Shown: positions 1 to 10,255 of the stretch, piece after piece
Layout of the letters: each line of letters starts with the position of its first letter
Position numbering within the stretch: the stretch's first letter is position 1
NCBI GenBank assembly: GCA_965216635.1
Contig: OZ244188.1
Coordinates: forward strand, 1,824,001-1,888,000
From: a bacterium
Lineage (GTDB): Bacteria > SAR324 > XYD2-FULL-50-16 > G965216635
DNA length: 64,000 bases
Direction of reading: 5' to 3'
Program-made: the position numbers and the translations under genes
Notes under the pieces: generated by a model
Told to the model about the DNA's origin: nothing
What the model saw: the letters and a program-made list of their open reading frames with translations, nothing else
Database searches by the model: none

Positions 1-862
1 TAGAATTTTTGTCCATAAAAAATTTTTGCTCTATAAAATCTATTAACAACTGATCAAAATCATCCCCCCCAAGATGAGAATTGCCATTTGTAGAAAGTAC
101 TCTAAAAATTTTATTTTTTAATTCCAAAATAGAAACATCAAAAGTGCCTCCCCCTAAATCATAGATAGCAACCCTGCCTTGTTTTTTTTCTATGGCTTGA
201 TTGTTTTCTGTAGCCTGATTGTTTTCTATGGCTTGATTGTTTTCTGTAGCCTGATTGTTTTCTATAGTTTGATTGTTTTCTGTAGCCTGATTGTTTTCTA
301 TGGTTTGATTGTTTTCTGTAATGGGCGTCTCTCCGATACCGTAAGCAATGGCAGCTGCCGTTGGCTCGTTGATAATACGCACTACTTCAATTTGAGCAAT
401 TTTAGCCGATTGCGTGGTCGCCAGTCTTTGCACCTCGTCAAAATAGGCTGGAACTGTAATGACTGCCCTTTCTATTTTTTGCTTTAAAATGATTTCTGCT
501 ATAGCCTTGACTTTCTTTAAAACTTCTGCCGAAAGCTGTTCGGGAGTAAATTTTTCCTCGCCTAATAAAATTTGTCCTCTATCTCCTTCGCTAATCTGAT
601 AGGGTAAGTTTTTTTGTTCTGCTTTTAAGTCTTTGTATTTTTTACCCATAAAAGGTTTGAAAGAAAAAAAAGTGCTTTGAGGATAATCCAACCTTTTAGC
701 TACCGCTTCACTACCTACAATAAATTTTTCCTCTGCATAACAAACGACCGACGCCTGCCAACTAGAAAGATTTTCATCTTCTATAACTTCCGCTCCCGAT
801 TCACTAACCCAAGCTGCCATACTGTTCGTGGTGCCTAAGTCTATTCCTATAAGTTCACTCAT
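1..862 (-). CDS. Hsp70-family chaperone (HscA/DnaK-like), runs off the left window edge
   Basis: Manual translation from ATG at 862: MSELIGIDLGTTNS...AVITVPAYFDEVQR...RIINEPTAAAIAYG...AIYDLGGGTFDVSIL...GNSHLGGDDFD. These are the Hsp70 signature motifs. Absent from the ORF track because it is truncated. Confidence 0.95.
   Translation of the reverse strand, partial: MSELIGIDLGTTNSMAAWVSESGAEVIEDENLSSWQASVVCYAEEKFIVGSEAVAKRLDYPQSTFFSFKPFMGKKYKDLKAEQKNLPYQISEGDRGQILLGEEKFTPEQLSAEVLKKVKAIAEIILKQKIERAVITVPAYFDEVQRLATTQSAKIAQIEVVRIINEPTAAAIAYGIGETPITENNQTIENNQATENNQTIENNQATENNQAIENNQATENNQAIEKKQGRVAIYDLGGGTFDVSILELKNKIFRVLSTNGNSHLGGDDFDQLLIDFIEQKFFMDKNS
177..320. repeat. 18-bp tandem repeat (7 units plus 1 degenerate) encoding in-frame (T/I)ENNQ(A/T) within the Hsp70 gene
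   Basis: Unit tgattgttttct(g/a)t(a/g)g(c/t)(c/t), alternating as a 36-bp higher-order repeat. Confidence 0.95.
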
Positions 863-963
863 TTTTAATAATTTATTATTATTGTAGTTTATAAAAAAAT
901 TGAAAAAAAAGAAAATTTATGAAACAAATAGCTTTATTGTTAGAAAACAAGCAAAAAAGAGCA

Positions 964-1248
964 ATGAATAAAATTTGTATAGAATCAAAACTGAAGGTTT
1001 CTGTGATAAAAGAAGGAGACTCTTTTATAGCAAACAGTCCAGCATTAGCTCTAGCTTCTTTTGGAGATACGCCTGAAAAAGCTATAAGTAATTTTGAAGA
1101 AGCAGCCCAATTATTTGTGGAAGATTGTGTAAAGCAAGGAACACTTTATGATGTTTTAATTTCTTGCGGTTGGAAAAAAGAAAAACAGCAGCTAATACCT
1201 CCTCAAATCGTAGCCACAAAAAATATTTCTATGCCTGCTGTCGTTTGA
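964..1248 (+). CDS. hicB: HicB-family antitoxin
   Basis: VIKEGDSFIANSPALALASFGDTPEKAISNFEEAAQLFVE is a HicB-like fold signature, and a hicA remnant follows. The ORF track starts at 919; 964 is the more plausible start. Confidence 0.8.
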   Translation: MNKICIESKLKVSVIKEGDSFIANSPALALASFGDTPEKAISNFEEAAQLFVEDCVKQGTLYDVLISCGWKKEKQQLIPPQIVATKNISMPAVV

Positions 1249-1466
1249 TGCCAAGACTCTCTACCCTAAAATTTTAAGAGTTAGAAAAAATTGTTTTAGC
1301 TTATGGTTATCAATTCAAAAAGCAGACAGGTAGCCATAAAAAATATTCTAAAACTGGAGTAAGAAGAGCTATCATTTTCCACCATAAAAAATATTCTAAA
1401 ACTGGAGTAAGAAGAGCTATCGTTTTCCACCCTAAAAAAGATATTCCTTTATTTAAGGACGACTAA
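1248..1466 (+). pseudogene. hicA: HicA-family toxin pseudogene
   Basis: MPRLSTLKF*ELEKIVLAYGYQFKKQTGSHKKYSKTG...: GSH motif, premature TAA at 1275-1277, 48-bp tandem duplication (1334-1381/1382-1429), truncated C-terminus. The ATG overlaps the hicB stop. Confidence 0.8.
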
Positions 1467-1536
1467 GTAGAAATTCCTGTAGGAGACACCTTGGACGTTT
1501 TTTGGCAGGCGAATTTTTTACTAACGTCAAATAGTG

Positions 1537-1716
1537 CCCTGCAGAATTACTCAAGCAAAATGTTCTCTGCAGAATTACTCAAGCAAAATGTTCCCTGCAG
1601 AATTACTCAAGCAAAATGTTCCCTGCAGAATTACTCAAGCAAAATGTTCCTTGCAGAATTACTCAAGCAAAATGTTCCTTGCAGAATTACTCAAGCAAAA
1701 TGTTCCTTGCAGAATT
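1537..1716. repeat. 28-bp intergenic tandem repeat (VNTR), ~6.4 copies
   Basis: Unit cc(c/t)tgcagaattactcaagcaaaatgtt (ctct variant in unit 2) at 1537, 1565, 1593, 1621, 1649, 1677 and a partial at 1705; no spacers. Confidence 0.95.
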
Positions 1717-1812
1717 TCACTAAAACTGAGTCTCTTCTGTAGAACCAGTCAAAGCAGTGACTGAAATTTTACCCTTTGAATGCCTATTTCAGCAATGCTA
1801 GATGTTTTTTCT

Positions 1813-2067
1813 CTATGAAATTATAACGTCTAACTCACCTTTATCTTCCAAAGCATATAATTCATTGCAGCCTCCTATTCGTTTATTATCAACAAATATC
1901 TGAGGCACAGAGGTTTCTCCTTCTGCCTTTTTTATCATTTCCTCCATTTTTTCGGGGTTTTTCTCTACATCTATATCTTGATAGGAGACATTTTTTGCTT
2001 GCAGTAAGTTTTTTGCTTGTATGCAAAAAGGGCAAGTTTCTCTAGAGTATATTATTATTTCTTTCAT
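1813..2067 (-). CDS. grxC: Glutaredoxin 3
   Basis: CPFC active site, SVPQIF and IGG motifs, 84 aa. Confidence 0.95.
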   Translation of the reverse strand: MKEIIIYSRETCPFCIQAKNLLQAKNVSYQDIDVEKNPEKMEEMIKKAEGETSVPQIFVDNKRIGGCNELYALEDKGELDVIIS

Positions 2068-2080
2068 TTTCTTAAAATTG

Positions 2081-3004
2081 TTAATTATTAGAAATAGATT
2101 CCTTCACCAATTCTACTTGTTCTGTATCAAAAATTTTTAAATTTTGCAAAGCATAGGCAATCTGTATTAAAGATTTTTGCATATTTACAATATCTTCTTC
2201 TGTAGGATTTAGGTTTTGTTGTGCATAACGGATAAATCTTTTGAAAGTTTGCGGTTGTATCTTTTCCTTGCTTTCTATCTTTTTTTGCTCACAAAAATCG
2301 TCAAAAAAAATATCTGTATCTTCTAAAACCAAATCTATATTTTCTGGTGCTAGATTTTTAATCTCTTCTTGTATCTGGTTTTTCAATTCTGCTATTTCGC
2401 TTAAAGGCTCTTTTGTTAGGTCTTCAAAATCTACAGACTCTGGTGCCTCTTTTGCTGGTGTTTCTATTTCGCTATACTGGTTAAATTTAGCATGAAACTC
2501 TGCTTCGTATTCTTCTAGCACTTGATAAATGTTTTCCTTGCCAATTTCTTTTTCAATCAATTTATATTGAGAAAGAAATTGATAGTACCGAGCTACAATG
2601 AGGTGATTATAGAAAGGATGCACTTTTTCTTCCTGCATAAAGTGGATTAAATACTGAAAGCCCGCATATTCTGTTTGTTGGTTCGCCGATAGCTTTTTTT
2701 GGAGCTTTTGGATTGCTTCTATAAATTGCTGACTTACCTTCTTATCAACCCACTCTAGTATTTGATCGGGAATATCTTTTCCTTGAGAGAAAAGGCTTTT
2801 TAATTTTTCTTCCTCTATAGTGATGGCTTGAATTTCGGGTGTAAAAGCATAAACAGCTACTTTAGATAAGAATTGTTGAACTTTTTTTTCTGTAGGCTTG
2901 CCAACTTTAGGTGTTTTCTTTTGCAGGTGCTGTTTTTTACGATTTTGCTTAGCTGTTTTTCTTTTTAAGATGCCAGCCTTAACTTTTTTCTTTTTTTTTG
3001 CCAT
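2081..3004 (-). CDS. Hypothetical protein with Lys-rich N-terminus
   Basis: 307-aa ORF co-oriented with its neighbours; no recognised motif. Confidence 0.75.
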   Translation of the reverse strand: MAKKKKKVKAGILKRKTAKQNRKKQHLQKKTPKVGKPTEKKVQQFLSKVAVYAFTPEIQAITIEEEKLKSLFSQGKDIPDQILEWVDKKVSQQFIEAIQKLQKKLSANQQTEYAGFQYLIHFMQEEKVHPFYNHLIVARYYQFLSQYKLIEKEIGKENIYQVLEEYEAEFHAKFNQYSEIETPAKEAPESVDFEDLTKEPLSEIAELKNQIQEEIKNLAPENIDLVLEDTDIFFDDFCEQKKIESKEKIQPQTFKRFIRYAQQNLNPTEEDIVNMQKSLIQIAYALQNLKIFDTEQVELVKESISNN

Positions 3005-3013
3005 ATTTTTAAG

Positions 3014-3190
3014 AGATCTTTTTAAACATTATAGGAAACTGAACAAGGCAAAAAATTTTAACTTCGTATAGCCTCCTAATTAAATAACTAGAATGTCTAA
3101 TTCTTAGGTCTATCTTATGCGGGTAAGAGAGTATTCCAAGAATTAAATTTTTTTTTTAACGATGCATAGCTGAACTAGAATGTCTAATTT
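3014..3190. repeat. Degenerate member of the intergenic palindromic/MITE-like family
   Basis: Shares cattataggaaa..acaaggc..aaaatttt and aactagaatgtctaatt (twice) with the element at 62516-62749. Confidence 0.6.
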
Positions 3191-3756
3191 TAAGTATTGG
3201 AGAGAAACCACTGTAACGCAATAATAGTTTTAGAATCCATAATTTTATTGTTTTTTAAAAGTTTAGCAATTTTCTCTTTTTTAAAATAACAAACTTTAAT
3301 ATCTTCTTCTTTGTCTTGTAACTCTGTAAAGTTTTTCATTCTTTGTGATTGAGATGCTTTTGCAAAAAAAATATGCATTATCTGATCAGAGATGCCAGCA
3401 CTGGAATAAAAATGGTAAATTTTTTCTAAATTTTCTACAAGATAGCCCGTTTCTTCCTTGACTTCACGGATAGCCGCCGCTAGCGGATCTTCTCCTTTTT
3501 CTAGCAAGCCTGCAATAATTTCTAGCATCCAAGCATCGCCCGTCCGAGCGGCAGAGTAGCGAAATTGCTCTACTAATACTAGTTCTTCTGTATCTTTAAT
3601 TTGTAATAGCACAGCTGCTACAGCAGCTCTTTTGAGCGCTATTCTATGAATTTTTTTAGTATTTCCATCGTAGCAGTCTATTTCTAAATCTACCTGTTCA
3701 ATATCAAAAAATTTATTCTTAAAAAGATTTTCTCTCTGTAAAATCTCGTATTTCAT
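3190..3756 (-). CDS. nudF: NUDIX hydrolase (ADP-ribose pyrophosphatase-like)
   Basis: Nudix box GLLEKGEDPLAAAIREVKEETGY, plus LVEQFRY and EEDI motifs. Confidence 0.9.
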   Translation of the reverse strand: MKYEILQRENLFKNKFFDIEQVDLEIDCYDGNTKKIHRIALKRAAVAAVLLQIKDTEELVLVEQFRYSAARTGDAWMLEIIAGLLEKGEDPLAAAIREVKEETGYLVENLEKIYHFYSSAGISDQIMHIFFAKASQSQRMKNFTELQDKEEDIKVCYFKKEKIAKLLKNNKIMDSKTIIALQWFLSNT

Positions 3757-4070
3757 TGTTCTTCTTTGGTTTTAAGAAAAAGATTAGATTTGTCCATGTT
3801 TTTTATGCTCTCCATTTCAATTTCTAGTTCAGGGCTTTTAGAATTGTCGTAAAATTGATCTTCAAAAGGTTTTTTAGAAGAGGCTTCGTTTTTCAATTTT
3901 GCATCCAAGTGAGTCCTATTGAAATTTTCTTTCTTTATCAAACCTTCTAGGTTTTCTTTGTTTAAGTTTTTATAAAAAAGTCGTAGGATAATCAAAACAC
4001 TCAACAAAAAAACTAAAATCAGTACCCAGTAGTGGAGCTCTAAGTAGGCTAAAACTGCATTTACAGACAT
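3753..4070 (-). CDS. Hypothetical membrane-anchored protein
   Basis: One N-terminal hydrophobic helix; stop overlaps the nudF start. Confidence 0.65.
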   Translation of the reverse strand: MSVNAVLAYLELHYWVLILVFLLSVLIILRLFYKNLNKENLEGLIKKENFNRTHLDAKLKNEASSKKPFEDQFYDNSKSPELEIEMESIKNMDKSNLFLKTKEEQ

Positions 4071-4075
4071 AAATT

Positions 4076-4993
4076 TTATAAAGTAAATTTCAATTTTTCT
4101 GGAATATACTCCAATCTCCTTATAGATTCTTGGTAGTATTTTTCATTCATTTCAAACCCAATAAATTTTCTCTCTAGTTGTTTTGCTGCAATAGCTGTAG
4201 AACCCGAACCTATAAAAGGATCTAACACAATTTGATCTTCTCTGGTTGTGAGTTTTATGAGATATTTTAGCAGAGATAAGGGTTTTTGTGCTTCGTGTAT
4301 CCTTGCTTCGTCTTTTTCAAAACCAAATTCTAATAGGTTTGTAGGACTTGAATTATTTAATTTAGCATTTTCTGTATTAATTGCACCAATTTCATTTTCT
4401 ATAATATTATCAGCAATAGTTCCTCCGATTTTATAAGGCTTGGTGAACCAAGCAATGGGCTCCCATATAGGAGCTAAGTTTCCTAATCTCCAACCGCTCC
4501 ATTTTTCTGCTGCTTCTAATAAACCTCTTCGTTCAAAAATAATACTTACCCTTTGAGCTCTGTGATGAGCGGATGGCTTTTTCCAAGCTAGTATATCCTT
4601 GAGTAAAAAACCACTATCTTCTAGTGCATTAATAACTCTGTGAATTGTCCTTCTTGCCCCAAAAACAAATAAAAAAGAGCCTTTCTTCATTTTTGGATAA
4701 ACTTTTGTAGCCCAGTCTTGACACCAATTTTGGCATTCTCGCCCTATATTTCTATCCGATTGCGACCAACCGTTGATAGGTTTTCCTCTACGTTTGAAAG
4801 CTGTTTTATCTTTTTGAGCAGGCGAACTGCCTAGCAAAGCAGAATTTGTATTGTTATGTAAAACATCCCAATCATCCAAAGAAATACCATAAGGAATATC
4901 CGATAAAAATAAATCTACAGAATTATTGGCAAGATTTGGTAGATAATCCATACAGTCTCCCAAAGTAATACCGTCTAAATATTTTTCATTCAT
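4076..4993 (-). CDS. M.HindIII-like beta-class adenine DNA methyltransferase
   Basis: SDIPYG motif IV, DPFIGSGST motif I, and HindIII-type segments NTNSAL, FKRRGKPINGWS, HRAQR and AQKPL. Confidence 0.9.
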   Translation of the reverse strand: MNEKYLDGITLGDCMDYLPNLANNSVDLFLSDIPYGISLDDWDVLHNNTNSALLGSSPAQKDKTAFKRRGKPINGWSQSDRNIGRECQNWCQDWATKVYPKMKKGSFLFVFGARRTIHRVINALEDSGFLLKDILAWKKPSAHHRAQRVSIIFERRGLLEAAEKWSGWRLGNLAPIWEPIAWFTKPYKIGGTIADNIIENEIGAINTENAKLNNSSPTNLLEFGFEKDEARIHEAQKPLSLLKYLIKLTTREDQIVLDPFIGSGSTAIAAKQLERKFIGFEMNEKYYQESIRRLEYIPEKLKFTL

Positions 4994-5504
4994 ACTTTGG
5001 CCATTTTCTCAAAATTATTATTTGTAATACCATTGATAAACAGCATCTTATTTTCAATCTTAAAGGTTTCCCATGTTTCCAATTATCCATAGCTCGCACC
5101 TTAAAGTCTTTTTGGTTTTTAGCAGTGCGACTTATTCTAAACGCTTTTGCGTCAGCTACAAAACTATAATCATCGGTTAGGCATTCTACATCGGCTACAT
5201 CTGCTCTTTTTCTTATAACTAAACTATCAAATCCTAATGCTTTGTAAGCTTCGCTAATTATTATATCTGTATATTTAGAATACAGCTTTTCTTCAGTTGT
5301 AACATGGTGGTATTTTTCAGGGACAGCACCACACATTCTTAAATGACCAAGCAAACAAGAAATCCCTTTTTTTTGGATTTCTTGATTTATATCTGTTTCA
5401 ATTTTTTCGACATTGAAACTGAAATTATTCCCTGAATTATAAAGTTTATCTATCCAGTAATTTCTGTCCTCAATTTGTTTTTTTGTGATTATTTCTAAAG
5501 ACAT
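4986..5504 (-). pseudogene. HindIII-family restriction endonuclease, internally deleted and frameshifted
   Basis: EEKLYSKYTD and ADVE...DAKAFRISRTAKNQKDFKV motifs. Only 172 aa; after WKHGKP it jumps out of frame onto a C-terminal remnant (KIENKMLFINGITNNNFEKMAKV*). Confidence 0.8.
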
Positions 5505-5574
5505 TTTTTATAGAAAAAATTGACATTTTTAAATTTGCTAAATTTTTAAAACGAGAATCAGATTTATTATAATT

Positions 5575-6999
5575 TTATTTTCTCTTTTTTATCTTGCTAT
5601 AATTTTTAATAAAAAACCACTTTCCTTTAAAACCAATTTTACGACATAATTGCTTATAGTATTGCTTTAAAATTATAGTTTTATATAAAGGTAATTGCAG
5701 AATACTTTTATCAACAAAATTTTTTGCATTTTTTAAAAAAATGATTTTCAGAGGAAAACTTTTTGTCCAGTAGTTAGATTCTTTATTTTGGCAACAAAAA
5801 ATAGCGTCAAAATATGGAACTAAAAGCTCTTTTCTATGAGACTTTTGCAATAGACTAAATAATTTATCCACATACTTTTTTTCTTCTCTCCAATCTACTC
5901 TATTGTCTAAACTTTTTAAAGACTCGTAGTACATGTTAACCAAGTCTTTTTTTCCTAGATTACCAATTTTTGGGAGTATTTTGTCTATAGTATGTTTTCT
6001 TTTAGCCAAGCTAATACCTTTTATATTTCCATAAGCAATTGGTGTGATGCCATTAGGAGGAATATTTTTAATGCAAACTTTATGAAATATAGGATTTCTA
6101 TTAGTTTTAATGGCTTCTTTTTTCTCAATAAAATCGCTTATTAAAGCAAAAAGATTGTACTTATTTAAACACTTATCTCTAGCTTCTTCTATTTTTTTTT
6201 GAGATTTTTCAAAGGTATTATTGGAGATAATTTTTTCTATAATTGAAATTGCTTTGTCTGGGTTTTTAATATCAATTCGCGACAACATTCCTTTATCAAA
6301 ATATTTTTCAATATTAGGACAGCCGTAATAGATGGGATGGCAAAAAGAAAGAAATGCATCCGAGAGTTTTTCGGTCCAGTAATCTTTATAAGATGAATTT
6401 TCTAATGCAATATGATATTTATAAGGAGCTAAAGCATCCCATTTGTCCCCTACTTTCTTTATTCCTCTCCCAAAAATATCTATTTTATTAGCGAAGTGAT
6501 TTTTTAATTTCGCTACAAAAATTTTTCTTTCCTCATAATCTACTGTAAAAGTTTTTGGCGAACAAATTACAGAAATTAATTTATTTTTTCTTGGTTGTTT
6601 TTGAGACAATAACTGGTTGTAATTTTTGTTATCATTTATACACTTGGTAAATTGTAAAATTTTACCAACAAACCAAGGTAGCCCTTGTTGATAAAAAATA
6701 TTATTTTTGTGTTGAATGTAGTCGTGACAACTAATGATATTTGCAAACTGATCTGTAAAAGCTTTTTCATATTGAAGAAGATGAGGAGGTTCATTGCTAA
6801 TGAGCAGTGTGTTTTCTTTAGGGCATAGTAAGGTCTCTGTTTTGTTTGTTATTCCGTAGACTACCCAGTAGTCACATTTTTTTATATTCTTATTAATATA
6901 AAATTCGCATCTACCCCATTTAGCAGAATTATTTGGAGTTTGCGTCTCAACCCGCATTTCTCTCAATTCAAAACTTAATTTAACTCTAATTTTTTTCAT
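5575..6999 (-). CDS. Glycosyltransferase family 10 (alpha-1,3-fucosyltransferase-like), paralogue 2
   Basis: YKYHIALENSSYKDYWTEKLSDAF..PIYYG GT10 motif. Confidence 0.85.
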   Translation of the reverse strand: MKKIRVKLSFELREMRVETQTPNNSAKWGRCEFYINKNIKKCDYWVVYGITNKTETLLCPKENTLLISNEPPHLLQYEKAFTDQFANIISCHDYIQHKNNIFYQQGLPWFVGKILQFTKCINDNKNYNQLLSQKQPRKNKLISVICSPKTFTVDYEERKIFVAKLKNHFANKIDIFGRGIKKVGDKWDALAPYKYHIALENSSYKDYWTEKLSDAFLSFCHPIYYGCPNIEKYFDKGMLSRIDIKNPDKAISIIEKIISNNTFEKSQKKIEEARDKCLNKYNLFALISDFIEKKEAIKTNRNPIFHKVCIKNIPPNGITPIAYGNIKGISLAKRKHTIDKILPKIGNLGKKDLVNMYYESLKSLDNRVDWREEKKYVDKLFSLLQKSHRKELLVPYFDAIFCCQNKESNYWTKSFPLKIIFLKNAKNFVDKSILQLPLYKTIILKQYYKQLCRKIGFKGKWFFIKNYSKIKKRK

Positions 7000-8420
7000 C
7001 TTAACTTTACCTTTTTTTTGACCTTAAGATAATTTTTAATTCCAAAATTTTTAATAAAAAACCACTTTCCTTTAAAACCAATCCTACGATAACTACGATA
7101 ATATCTATTTAAAATATTATCATAAGTATCAGGAAATTGAACTGTAAACTCTTCTACAGTTTTTTTTATGTAGTTTATTTTTTCTTTACTCGTTAATAAT
7201 TCTTGCTCCTTACAACAAAAAATTGCCTCTAAATATAAAACCAAAATTTCTTTTTTTGAAGCCTCTGATAGTTTATTAAATAACCCATCTACATATTTTT
7301 TTTCTTCTTTCCAAACAACTCTATAATCTAAACTTTTTAAAGATTTGTAATAATAAAAAATCAGTTGTTTTTTCCCTAAATCATCAATTTCTGGTAATAT
7401 TTTTTCTATGGTCTTTTTTCTCTCATAAAGACTAATATTTTTTATATTTCCATCAGCAATTGGAGTCGTACCACTAGGAGTAATTTGTTTAGTGCAAACT
7501 TTGTGAAATATAGTATTTTTATTGGTTTTAAGAACTTCTTTTTTCTCAATAAAATCGCTTATTAACGCAAAAAAATTATACTTTTTTAAGCATTTATTTC
7601 TAGCTTCTAGTATTTTTTTTTGAGATTTTTCAAAACTTTTGTTGGCAATAGTTTTTTCTATAATAGAAATAGCTTTGTCTGGATCTTTAATATCAATTTG
7701 CGACAACATTCCTTTATCAAAATATTTTTCAATATTGGGACAGCCATAATAGATAGGATAACAAAAAGAAAGAAAAGCATCCGATAGCTTTTCAGTCCAA
7801 TAGTCTTTATAAGATGAATTTTCTAGTGCAATATGATATTTATAAGGAGCTAAAGCGTCCCATTTATCTTCTACTTCGTTTACTCCTTTACCAAAAACAT
7901 CCATTTTATGACCGAAGTGATCTTTCAGCCTTGTTATAAAATCGTTTCTTGCTTTATACTCTGGTGTAAAAACATTGCTTGAAGAAATTACAGAAATTAG
8001 TTTATCTTTCTTTGGCTGTTTCAGAGAAATTAGATAGTTATAATCTTTATTGACAGCTATGCATTTGCCTTTTTTATAACTTTTACCAACAAACCAAGGT
8101 AGGCTTTGTTGATATAAAGTATTATTTTTATGTTGAATATATTTGTGGCAACTAATAATTTGTGCAAACTGATCTGTAAAAATTTTTCTATACTGGAGAA
8201 AACAAGGAGGTTCATTACTAATAAGCAGTGTGTTTTCTTTAGGGCATAATACAGTCTCTGTTTTTTTGATTGTCCCATAGACAACCCAATAATCACATTT
8301 TTTGATTTTTTTATTGATATAAAACTTGCATCTGCCCCACTCAGCTGAATTACTTGGCGTTTGTGTTTCAAGCCGTCTGTCTCCCCACTCAAAGCTAAGT
8401 TTTACTATAATTTTTTTCAT
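6996..8420 (-). CDS. Glycosyltransferase family 10, paralogue 1
   Basis: Same GT10 motif; tandem paralogue of the same length (474 aa). Confidence 0.85.
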   Translation of the reverse strand: MKKIIVKLSFEWGDRRLETQTPSNSAEWGRCKFYINKKIKKCDYWVVYGTIKKTETVLCPKENTLLISNEPPCFLQYRKIFTDQFAQIISCHKYIQHKNNTLYQQSLPWFVGKSYKKGKCIAVNKDYNYLISLKQPKKDKLISVISSSNVFTPEYKARNDFITRLKDHFGHKMDVFGKGVNEVEDKWDALAPYKYHIALENSSYKDYWTEKLSDAFLSFCYPIYYGCPNIEKYFDKGMLSQIDIKDPDKAISIIEKTIANKSFEKSQKKILEARNKCLKKYNFFALISDFIEKKEVLKTNKNTIFHKVCTKQITPSGTTPIADGNIKNISLYERKKTIEKILPEIDDLGKKQLIFYYYKSLKSLDYRVVWKEEKKYVDGLFNKLSEASKKEILVLYLEAIFCCKEQELLTSKEKINYIKKTVEEFTVQFPDTYDNILNRYYRSYRRIGFKGKWFFIKNFGIKNYLKVKKKVKLR

Positions 8421-8628
8421 TGTGATGTAGGTTGCGTGTAATCTACAGAAAAAATTATAAATGAAATTTTTAACTCGGTCAATTTTAAAAAATCGTACAT
8501 TGATAAATCTTAAAAAAGGTTATACTAATATTCAAAAAGTCGGTCACACTTATGGATTTGAATTTAGGTCACCCAAAATTTAGATTTTGCTATACTCATT
8601 AAAATTCATTTAGAATTACAAATAAAAA

Positions 8629-9402
8629 ATGAAAATTGGTATAACTGGTTCTACTGGGACGTTAGGAAAAATTCTTGTAAAGCAATTAGAAAAAGCAAAC
8701 TACCACTGTTTTAAAGGTGATATTTGCTCTAAAGATGATATTGATGCTTGGGTGAAAGCGAATAATTTTAGCGAAATAATCCACTTTGCTGCAATGGTTT
8801 CAACTAGCAAGGTAGAAAACAATCTAAGTAAAGCTTATCAAATTAATACTAGCGGTGTTAAATATTTAATAGAAGTATTGCAATCTTGTAGAAAGCAGCC
8901 GTGGTTATTTTATGCAAGCACTTCTCATGTCTATAAAAGTAAGAATACTCCCATAAACGAACTAGATGCTATTGAACCAGTATCAGAATATGGTAAAACC
9001 AAGTACGAAGCAGAAAAAATAATTTTAAAAAATTATCATAATTACTGTATCGGTAGAATTTTCAGCTTCTATCACAAAACACAAAAAATGCCTTTTTTAT
9101 ACCCTAGTATAAAACAAAGATTATTGAAAGAAAATTTAGACAAGCCATTTGTGCTGTATGGAGCTGAAAGTGTTAGAGATTTTTTAAACGCAGAAACTGT
9201 AGTAGAAATTATAGTCAATTTGATGAATAAAAAAACAACGGGGATTTATAATATTGCTTCTGGCAAAGGAGTAAAAATTAAAGATTTTGTGCAGAGTTTA
9301 TCTGAAAAACAATTAAACATAAAGGAAATGGGCTCGGCTGATTTTCTAGTTGCTGATATTAGTAAACTTCAAAATATCCTAAAAAAACAAATTTATGTCT
9401 AA
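8629..9402 (+). CDS. NAD-dependent epimerase/dehydratase (extended SDR)
   Basis: ITGSTGTLG, YASTSHVY, YGKTK (YxxxK), RDF, YNIASG. Confidence 0.9.
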   Translation: MKIGITGSTGTLGKILVKQLEKANYHCFKGDICSKDDIDAWVKANNFSEIIHFAAMVSTSKVENNLSKAYQINTSGVKYLIEVLQSCRKQPWLFYASTSHVYKSKNTPINELDAIEPVSEYGKTKYEAEKIILKNYHNYCIGRIFSFYHKTQKMPFLYPSIKQRLLKENLDKPFVLYGAESVRDFLNAETVVEIIVNLMNKKTTGIYNIASGKGVKIKDFVQSLSEKQLNIKEMGSADFLVADISKLQNILKKQIYV

Positions 9403-10237
9403 AGTAAAAAACAAACCCAAAGTCACTATTGTGATTCCTACTTTTAACAGAAGTGAATTGCTTCAAAAAGCAATAGAATCTTCTTTAAACCAAACCTACC
9501 CTTGTGAAATTATTGTTTGCGATCATGGGAGCAGCGACAATACTCCTACACTAATGAAAAAATACAAAAATAAGATATTCTATATTAGAAAAGAAAAAGA
9601 TTTCGGTCCTCACTTTTGTTGGCTGGACGGAATTTTACAGGCAAAAACTGATTTTATTCACTTACAATTTGATGACGATTGGATTGATAAAACATATATT
9701 GAAAGATGTATGAAACTAATGCAAGATGAGGTTGGAGTAGTTATTGCGGAAGCAAGTGTATATTGGGAATCTAGCATAAGTAATAATATATTTAATTTTA
9801 AAAAAGTATTTAAAACAAGTGGTATATTTTCTAGTAAAAAACTAGAAAAATTGCTTTTAAGAGGATCAATGTATACACCAGCAGCTAGTCTATTTAGAAA
9901 AAAAGATATGCTAGATGCCTTGTATCAAGGGAATTTACCAGTATCAAAATACAGGGGTTACCATGGTGTAGGTCCAGATTCATTTTTTACGCTTTTAGCC
10001 ATCTTACGATATAAAAAGGTTGGCATTATTACTGATGCTCTCGTGGGTTTATACGCGCACGACAGTTCTATTACAATTGACGCAAAAAAAAATCCACAAA
10101 AACAGTTACAAATACAGAATGCTTATAGAAATGTTTTATTATACTATCGGTTTTTAAAATGGTATCCTATTTTTTATAAATTTTATCATGTTTTTTCTAA
10201 ATTTTATCGGTTCATTTTTTCAAAATTTAAAAAATAA
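9395..10237 (+). CDS. Glycosyltransferase family 2
   Basis: VTIVIPTFNR, EIIVCDHGSSD, FDDD. Confidence 0.9.
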   Translation: MSKVKNKPKVTIVIPTFNRSELLQKAIESSLNQTYPCEIIVCDHGSSDNTPTLMKKYKNKIFYIRKEKDFGPHFCWLDGILQAKTDFIHLQFDDDWIDKTYIERCMKLMQDEVGVVIAEASVYWESSISNNIFNFKKVFKTSGIFSSKKLEKLLLRGSMYTPAASLFRKKDMLDALYQGNLPVSKYRGYHGVGPDSFFTLLAILRYKKVGIITDALVGLYAHDSSITIDAKKNPQKQLQIQNAYRNVLLYYRFLKWYPIFYKFYHVFSKFYRFIFSKFKK

Positions 10238-10255
10238 TAAACTTTTATAAAAAAA

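Noticed and set aside
179..487. Plus-strand 102-aa ORF
   Set aside because: Antisense shadow of the Hsp70 gene and its 18-bp repeat.
1537..1716. 28-bp repeat as a CRISPR array
   Set aside because: Units are directly adjacent with no spacers, and there are no cas genes in the window.
1491..1764. Two plus-strand ORFs over the 28-bp repeat
   Set aside because: Stop-free by-products of the repeat; the peptide cycles through all three frames.
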